A stretch of 33,563 bases of DNA from Gemmatimonadales bacterium (GTDB lineage: Bacteria > Gemmatimonadota > Gemmatimonadetes > Gemmatimonadales > GWC2-71-9). Each line of letters opens with the position of its first letter. Position 1 is the stretch's first letter. The stretch covers positions 1 through 33,563 of the forward strand of contig JBFJCP010000039.1 of NCBI GenBank assembly GCA_041615815.1, written 5' to 3'. The notes under the pieces were generated by a model. That model did no database searches. It saw only the letters and a program-made list of their open reading frames with translations, and had not been told where the DNA came from. The translations under genes and the position numbers were made by a program. This document shows positions 27,237 through 33,563 of the stretch, one piece after another.

Positions 27237-28625
27237 ATGTCCACCCCCCATGCACCATCCGTCGTCGTCACCGGCGTTGGTCCCGTCAGCGCCATCGGGA
27301 CCGGCCGCAACGAGTTCTGGGATGCGCTCGTGGCCGGTCAACACGGCTTCAGGCCCATCACGCTGTGCGACGCGTCCGAGTCGCCCTCCAAGATCGCCGC
27401 GGAAATACCGAATTTCGAGCTGGATCGGTTCGTCACCGATGGAAAGCTCATGGCGCGCCGCACGCCGCGGCCCGTACAGCTCGCGCTCGCAGCCGCCGTG
27501 CTGGCGTTGCATGACGCCGAGCTGGATCTGGATGGGTGCGATCCAGATCGATTAGGCGTGCACGTCGGCACGTCCATCGGGAACCTCGAGACCGTGCTGG
27601 GCCTCAACGAGCGGTACAAGAAGACGGGGATCGCCCCAGCACACACCGCGTTTCACGCCTTCAATCATTCGGCGGCCTGTGTCGTGTCCTCGTTCTTCAA
27701 CATTCGGGGACCCGTCCACACCTGTACCGCCGGATGTAACTCGGGCATCGATGCGCTCGGTCAGTCGATGCGCATGATCCAGTCCGGGGCGGTGGATGCG
27801 ATGCTGGTGGTGGGGACGGACTGTGAAGTAGTGCCCGAGGTGCTCGCCGCACTCAACGCGTCCAATTCGTTGGCCACGAAGTTCAACGACGATCCCGGAC
27901 GTGCCTCACGGCCGTACGACGCCAAGCGAAACGGCAACGTCATAGGGGAAGGGGCGGCCGGGCTTCTGCTGGAATCGGCATCACACGCCCGAGCACGGCG
28001 CGCCCGCGTGTACGCCGAGCTCACGGGGTACCAGATTTGCTCCGCGGGGCAGAACCGGCAGTACAGTCACGACAACCCCGAGATCGACCTGCGTCCTGCC
28101 GTGCGTGCCATGCGGGGTGCGATCAGCGAAGGTGGGTACGAGCCCGAGCAGATTACGCTGGTGAATGCCAACGGATCCTCCTCGGTGATCTACGACCGTC
28201 TCGAGGCCAAGGCGCTCGCCGAGCTGTTTGGGGACGTCTTCCCCTCGATCCCCGTCCACTCCATCAAGTCCATGCTCGGCCAACACGGTGCGGGATCATC
28301 GGCGCTTCAGGCCGTCACGGCCTGCCTATCGATCAGACGGTGCACGGTGCCGCCCACGATCAACCACGACGAACCGGACCCCACCTGCGGCCCCATTCGG
28401 GTGACCACCGGCAAAGAGCAGTTCGTGCCAGGGCCCGTCCTCGTACACTGTATCGGTCTCGGTGGGTTCTATTACTCGGCCGCCACGTTTGCGCCACCCG
28501 AGGGGCGAGACTTTCAGAAAACGGGCGCCCTCCAGGTGCAGTGGAGCGATGAGCAACACCCACGGTTCCAGCCGGCCGAGGAATTCCAGAAGCCCTTAGA
28601 GCCTTGGGCGCCGAGACGGGACTAA
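27237..28625 (+). CDS. Beta-ketoacyl synthase (FabF-like) with non-canonical active site
   Basis: VVVTGVG, GCNSG (Cys), SRPYDAKRNG, GEGAA, KSMLG, VPPTIN; NANGSS and GQH replace the usual His motifs. Confidence 0.88.
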   Translation: MSTPHAPSVVVTGVGPVSAIGTGRNEFWDALVAGQHGFRPITLCDASESPSKIAAEIPNFELDRFVTDGKLMARRTPRPVQLALAAAVLALHDAELDLDGCDPDRLGVHVGTSIGNLETVLGLNERYKKTGIAPAHTAFHAFNHSAACVVSSFFNIRGPVHTCTAGCNSGIDALGQSMRMIQSGAVDAMLVVGTDCEVVPEVLAALNASNSLATKFNDDPGRASRPYDAKRNGNVIGEGAAGLLLESASHARARRARVYAELTGYQICSAGQNRQYSHDNPEIDLRPAVRAMRGAISEGGYEPEQITLVNANGSSSVIYDRLEAKALAELFGDVFPSIPVHSIKSMLGQHGAGSSALQAVTACLSIRRCTVPPTINHDEPDPTCGPIRVTTGKEQFVPGPVLVHCIGLGGFYYSAATFAPPEGRDFQKTGALQVQWSDEQHPRFQPAEEFQKPLEPWAPRRD

Positions 28626-28668
28626 CAACAACCTTCCGACCTTCCTGCCGCCGCCTTATTGTATAGGG

Positions 28669-31600
28669 TTGACTTTTTTTCCGGAGCCCCATCTGTCCGA
28701 CTTCCAGCAGCGTCTCCAAGAAGCCGTAGGCACCACCTATCGCGTCGAGCGCGAGCTCGGTGGGGGAGGGATGAGTCGGGTGTTTCTGGCGCAGGACGTG
28801 GAGCTGGATCGCCGGGTGGTGATCAAGGTCCTCCCGCCAGAGATGGGTGCCGGCGTCAACGTGGAGCGCTTCCAACGCGAGATCAAGCTGGCGGCCTCAC
28901 TCCAGCACCCGCACATCGTGCCGCTGCTCACCGCTGGATCGTCTGGTGACATCCTGTACTACGTCATGCCGTTCATCGAGGGCGAGTCGCTCCGGGTGAA
29001 GCTCAGCAGGGAAGGGGAGCTCCCGGTGCGCGATGCGCTCAGGATTCTGCGAGAGGTGGCGGACGCGCTCTCCTATGCGCACGACCACGGCGTGGTGCAC
29101 CGGGACATCAAGCCGGACAACGTGTTGCTCTCCGGCAAACACGCGGTGGTGACCGACTTCGGCGTGGCGAAAGCCGTGAGCAGCTCGACGGGCGGCCAGT
29201 CCCTCACGTCCTTGGGCGTAGCCCTCGGCACACCGGCGTACATGGCCCCCGAACAGGCGGCGGGCGATCCCAATGTCGATCACCGCGCGGACATCTACGC
29301 GCTCGGCGCGCTCGCGTACGAGATGTTGTCCGGACGCCCACCGTTCACCGGCGGTAATCCTCAGGCGATCCTCTCGGCACATATCACGCAGCCGCCCGAG
29401 CCCGTCACGTCGCACCGGACGACGGTGCCGCCGGCGCTCAACGCCTTCGTGCTCCGCTGTCTCGAGAAACGGGCGGCCGATCGCTGGCAGACGGCCGAGG
29501 AGTTGATTGCGCCACTCGAGGGCATGGCCACGCCGAGCGGTGGGATGACACCCACGGGAACCACGCCGGCCGTCTCCGGTGTGCGCGAGGCCGCCGGACA
29601 CCACCCAGTGCGCGTGGCCGCGCTGTTCGGGGTGGCGGCGGCTGTGACGCTGGTGATCGTGTACGCCCTCATGATCGCACTAGGGCTTCCGGACTGGGTC
29701 TTCGTAGGGGCGATTGCGCTGCTCGCCATCGGGCTGCCGATCATCATGACCACCGGGCATCACGAACGCAGGCGAGCGGTAGCAAAGAACACCGGGCTCG
29801 ATTCCGCGACACCAACGGGTCTCAAGAAGCACTTTACGTGGCGCAAGGCGATTGGCGGGGGTGGCCTCGCGTTCGTGGGACTCGCGGTGGTGGTTGGTGG
29901 CTACACGGTGACGCGCACGTTGGGGATCGGCCCCGCCGCGACGCTCATGGCCACGGGAGCGTTGGGTGAACGCGAGCTCCTGATCCTCTCGGAATTCGAG
30001 AACCGTACGGCGGACTCGACGTTGGGCTCGACGGTCACCGAGCTTCTCCGGGTGAGTCTCACGGAATCACCGGTGATGCGGATTGCCGATCCCGCGCGAC
30101 TGAGCGAGAGTCTGGCGCGGATGCAGCTCCCGCCCGATGCGAAGGTCGACGAGGTGGTGGCGCGGGAGATTGCCGAGCGGGAGAGCATCAAGGCCATTCT
30201 GGCGGGCGAGGTTGTGCCGCTGGGTGATGGCTATCTCATCTCCGCACGGCTCCTCTCGGCGACTGGTACGGTGCTGACCGCCCAACAGGCGTCAGCGGGA
30301 AACGCCGGCGAGTTGATCCCTGCTGTCGACGAGCTCTCAGCCAAGCTCCGCGAGCGGATCGGGGAATCCCTCCGTTCGATCAGGCGAACGCTTCCCTTGG
30401 AGCTGGTGACGACCGGATCGCTCCGCGCGCTCCGTCTGTATGCACAGGCCACCCAGGCCGAGATTGCCGGTGACAACGATCGCGCGTTGGCGCTGTTGGA
30501 TGAGGCGACCGCGACGGACAGCACGTTCGCGATGGCCTATCGCAAGATCGGTACGATTCTCAGCAACGATTTCGAGCAGCGCGCCCGCGCGCGCGAGGCG
30601 CTGATCAAGGCATACGAGTTACGCGATCGGCTCACGGAGCTCGAGCGCGGCTACACCGTAGCGCAATACCACACTGACGTAACCGGCCGGCCCGACGAGG
30701 CCCTTGCGGCCTATCGCACGATCTTGGAGCGGTTTCCCGAGGATCATCGAGCGCTCAACAACTCCGGCGTCCTCTACTTCCAATTGGGCGACGATGAGCG
30801 TGCGCGTGAGTTCTATCAGCGTGCGCTCGACCTCGATTCCACCTGGTCCTTGGGGTTCACGAATCTCGCCTGGGAGCACAAGAACCTGGGAAAGTTCGAC
30901 GACGCCGCGCGGACTCTGGACGCCATGGAGGCACGGTTTCCGGGCAACCCGAGTGCCGAGGAGGCACGAGGCTTCCTCGCAGTCGCGCAGCGGGATTTCA
31001 CCGGTGCCGAGCAGCGGTTTACCAGTCTGCGCGCCAGCCAGCGAGGCAACCTCGCCTGGGAGGCACAGACCACCGAGCATCTGGCATTTCTGGCAGCGAT
31101 CCAGGGCCGGTTCCGTGAAGGCGAGGGGTATCTCAACGACGCGCTGGCTGCTCAGTCGCAACGCGGGACCAATGCGGCGCGCCAGCGACTTCTCGCGTGG
31201 TGGAACGGCGCCAACGCGGTAGCCCGGGGAAGCGCCGGCCCAACGGCTCCGGAACTCGCCCGTGTGGCGTCGCCCGACGTCATGTCCAACTTGCCCGTAC
31301 CGGATCGCTGGTACGCGCCATTGATTGCCTACTACGCGCTCGCAGATCTCAACCGTGCGCGGTCGCTGCTGAGAGACATGGAGGCGTCCGGCCAGCCCGA
31401 ACTGAACCCCGGATTCCGGCAGGCCTTTGACCGGTCGGCTGCGTGGGTTGCCCTCGCGAGTGGAGATATCTCGGGTGGGCTCACGAGAATGCGAGCGGGT
31501 GTGGACGGCTGGGTGTGTAAGCCTTGCGGCCGCGCAACCATGGCCCAAGCGCATGACATTGCTGGCAACGCCGATTCGTCACTGCACTACTGGGAAGGGT

Positions 31601-31821
31601 ACCTGGAGACCAAATGGGGAATCCCGTCCATCGATTCCGGTGCCTTGCCAATCGCGTACCGGCGGCTGGGCGAGATCTACGAGGCCCGCGGCGAGCGGGA
31701 GAAAGCCGCCCAGTACTACAACGAATTCCTGGAACTGTGGAAGGACGCCGATCCCGAGCTGCAGCCCCAGGTCACCGAGGCGCGGAAACGGCTTTCGGAG
31801 CTGGTGGGGGAACAACCATAG
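28669..31821 (+). CDS. Membrane Ser/Thr protein kinase with 3 TM helices, TolB-N-like domain and TPRs (start TTG 28669 or CTG 28693)
   Basis: GGGGMSRV, VVIK, HRDIKPDN, DFG, YMAPE; FENRTAD; TPRs; FLELWKDADPELQP tail. Confidence 0.95.
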   Translation: MTFFPEPHLSDFQQRLQEAVGTTYRVERELGGGGMSRVFLAQDVELDRRVVIKVLPPEMGAGVNVERFQREIKLAASLQHPHIVPLLTAGSSGDILYYVMPFIEGESLRVKLSREGELPVRDALRILREVADALSYAHDHGVVHRDIKPDNVLLSGKHAVVTDFGVAKAVSSSTGGQSLTSLGVALGTPAYMAPEQAAGDPNVDHRADIYALGALAYEMLSGRPPFTGGNPQAILSAHITQPPEPVTSHRTTVPPALNAFVLRCLEKRAADRWQTAEELIAPLEGMATPSGGMTPTGTTPAVSGVREAAGHHPVRVAALFGVAAAVTLVIVYALMIALGLPDWVFVGAIALLAIGLPIIMTTGHHERRRAVAKNTGLDSATPTGLKKHFTWRKAIGGGGLAFVGLAVVVGGYTVTRTLGIGPAATLMATGALGERELLILSEFENRTADSTLGSTVTELLRVSLTESPVMRIADPARLSESLARMQLPPDAKVDEVVAREIAERESIKAILAGEVVPLGDGYLISARLLSATGTVLTAQQASAGNAGELIPAVDELSAKLRERIGESLRSIRRTLPLELVTTGSLRALRLYAQATQAEIAGDNDRALALLDEATATDSTFAMAYRKIGTILSNDFEQRARAREALIKAYELRDRLTELERGYTVAQYHTDVTGRPDEALAAYRTILERFPEDHRALNNSGVLYFQLGDDERAREFYQRALDLDSTWSLGFTNLAWEHKNLGKFDDAARTLDAMEARFPGNPSAEEARGFLAVAQRDFTGAEQRFTSLRASQRGNLAWEAQTTEHLAFLAAIQGRFREGEGYLNDALAAQSQRGTNAARQRLLAWWNGANAVARGSAGPTAPELARVASPDVMSNLPVPDRWYAPLIAYYALADLNRARSLLRDMEASGQPELNPGFRQAFDRSAAWVALASGDISGGLTRMRAGVDGWVCKPCGRATMAQAHDIAGNADSSLHYWEGYLETKWGIPSIDSGALPIAYRRLGEIYEARGEREKAAQYYNEFLELWKDADPELQPQVTEARKRLSELVGEQP

Positions 31822-32045
31822 TCCGGAGAAGGTAAGACGGCCGGACGGTGCTTCGCTCCTTCCGCTTTTTCGGGCTCTTGCGTCCCCTGCCGCACGTACC
31901 GCTTCTGCCTCGTCTGCCGCCCCGTCTGCCACCCCCGCCTCTGCTGCCGACCCTCTCTCCCCACGTGTCCCCCATCACGTCGCGCTTGCCCTACGCGCGC
32001 CAAATTCCCATCGTAGGTCCGCCCTTCCCACGCGGTTTACTGCAA

Positions 32046-32807
32046 ATGCGACACCGGGTAGCGACTGTCTGCATCCCATTGGTCGTCACGATCGTCCTTG
32101 CCGGCGCTTCTCCCGCATTGGGACAGGATCGCGGTAACCACGGATGGTTCGTGCGGGCGGGTGGATATCTCTGGATGTCCAACGTGGATGGCGCGAACAG
32201 GGCGGCCAGCGTGGACATTCCCGTGACCGATTCCGTGCTCGAGCCGAGCTGGGCGGCACGCCTCGAGATCGGCCGCTGGCGTTTGCGCGCCATTATCGAT
32301 GTGAGCCGTAGCAATCAGGCGAATCCCCTCGTGCCCATTGCACCGGGCGACCCGAGCGGCTCGTACGATTTCACGATGACCACCCTCGAGGTCCGCGGTG
32401 CGGCGCACATCGGGCCCTTCGCGTCCCGGCATGCGGTCGAGATATTCGCTGGCGTTCGGAGCGTACGGCAGGACCAGCGGTTCGAACTGACGGATCCCAT
32501 CGCGGTGCAAGAAGACGTTACGGAAATCTGGACCGAGCCCATGTTCGGAAGCCGATATTTTGCGCAGGTGGGACGCCGCTTCTGGTTCACGATGCTGGTG
32601 GACGTAGGCGGGCTCGAGATCGGCTCTGCGTTCACCTGGGTGCTAGATGCGGAGCTGGGCTTTCAGCTTGCGCCACCCGTGGATCTCACGTTCAGGTATC
32701 GATACATGGAGACGCAGTACGACAACGGAAGATCCGGTGCCCAGCAGTACGTCTGGGACTCGGGCCAGGTGCAGGGGTGGTTCTTTGGTCTCGTCTACAA
32801 CCACTAG
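32046..32807 (+). CDS. Outer-membrane beta-barrel protein
   Basis: Signal peptide MRHRVATV...ALG-Q; amphipathic strands; GWFFGLVYNH terminus. Confidence 0.8.
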   Translation: MRHRVATVCIPLVVTIVLAGASPALGQDRGNHGWFVRAGGYLWMSNVDGANRAASVDIPVTDSVLEPSWAARLEIGRWRLRAIIDVSRSNQANPLVPIAPGDPSGSYDFTMTTLEVRGAAHIGPFASRHAVEIFAGVRSVRQDQRFELTDPIAVQEDVTEIWTEPMFGSRYFAQVGRRFWFTMLVDVGGLEIGSAFTWVLDAELGFQLAPPVDLTFRYRYMETQYDNGRSGAQQYVWDSGQVQGWFFGLVYNH

Positions 32808-32837
32808 CTCGAGCCACGAGTGCGGGGTCACCTCCAT

Positions 32838-33485
32838 ATGAATCGACTCGCGATCGGTGTCGCGGTCCTGGGGCTCTCGATGTCCCTCGCGTCCCCGGCG
32901 CGGCCGCAGGCGTACGTCGGACTCACCGGCGGTGCGACAGTCGCGACGATGATCGGTGGACTGATCGATCGCGCGGACGTGGCGTACGGCGCCGTGGTGG
33001 GACTCAACCTGGAGCTCGAGCCGTGGAGCCGGTGGCTCATCGACATGGAGTTCCTGTTCATTCAGAAGGGCGTGAGCAATGTCCCAGATGGGGCTGACGA
33101 GGTGGACTTTCGCCACACATACTTGGAAACGCCGGTCACCCTGAACCGGCTCCTTCCAATCGCGAACAGCGGATGGTCTGTCAGCCCCTACCTCGGCGTG
33201 ACCGCTGGGCTCAACCGGGGGTGCGATATCCGGTCACAAGGCGAGTTCGAGTACGCTGATTGCGAGGACGATACCCTCGGCGGTACCGCCTCGCGACTGG
33301 AGGTGAGCGTTCCCGTGGGGGTGGCGCTCCGGCGATCCCATCCCGGTGGATCCCGGCTCGCCTTCGAGATCCGCTTCTCGCAGGGGCTCACGCGCGTGTT
33401 GGATGCCACCGGGGGATCGGCACGTAATAGCGTGTTCGCCTTTTTCTTCAGTTTTGCGCTCCCGTTGGGCCGTGGCGACCGGTAA
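32838..33485 (+). CDS. Outer-membrane beta-barrel protein (PorT/porin family-like)
   Basis: Signal peptide; EFLFIQKG, YLETPV, EIRFSQGL, terminal aromatic strand. Confidence 0.8.
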   Translation: MNRLAIGVAVLGLSMSLASPARPQAYVGLTGGATVATMIGGLIDRADVAYGAVVGLNLELEPWSRWLIDMEFLFIQKGVSNVPDGADEVDFRHTYLETPVTLNRLLPIANSGWSVSPYLGVTAGLNRGCDIRSQGEFEYADCEDDTLGGTASRLEVSVPVGVALRRSHPGGSRLAFEIRFSQGLTRVLDATGGSARNSVFAFFFSFALPLGRGDR

Positions 33486-33563
33486 GCTCCTGCTGTTCGC
33501 GGCGGCGGTGCTTGCATTGCCGGTCCAGGCGCAATCGCCCTGGCAGGTACCTGCCGTGACACC

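Noticed and set aside
1..33563. CRISPR array, integron attC array, IS or prophage
   Set aside because: No regularly spaced repeat-spacer units, no convincing attC pairs, and no transposase, integrase or phage genes.

Overview
High-GC bacterial chromosomal window; gene style suggests Gemmatimonadota (inference). It holds about 25 genes. Signalling: four Hanks-type Ser/Thr kinases, each with a different C-terminal module. Enzymes and transport: G/U mismatch DNA glycosylase, secreted GH20 beta-N-acetylhexosaminidase, a two-gene amidohydrolase operon (only one of three domains keeps its metal ligands), Leu/Val dehydrogenase divergent from an NSS transporter, a coupled P450-ferredoxin-panB trio, and an orphan non-canonical FabF-like ketosynthase. 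Envelope: three outer-membrane beta-barrels and two lipoproteins. There are also two decayed genes: a frameshifted DUF1640-like paralog and a truncated PQQ dehydrogenase. No rRNA, tRNA, CRISPR, transposase or integrase was seen. The most interesting signals are non-coding: a ~200-bp tandem duplicated, promoter-like and structured element between the dehydrogenase and the transporter; 7-mer inverted tandem repeats bracketing a small membrane gene; a 20-bp direct repeat bracketing the PQQ fragment exactly at its breakpoint; and recurring 7/8/9-mer repeats at gene junctions, hinting at repeat-associated gene shuffling. All alignments and folds were done by eye.
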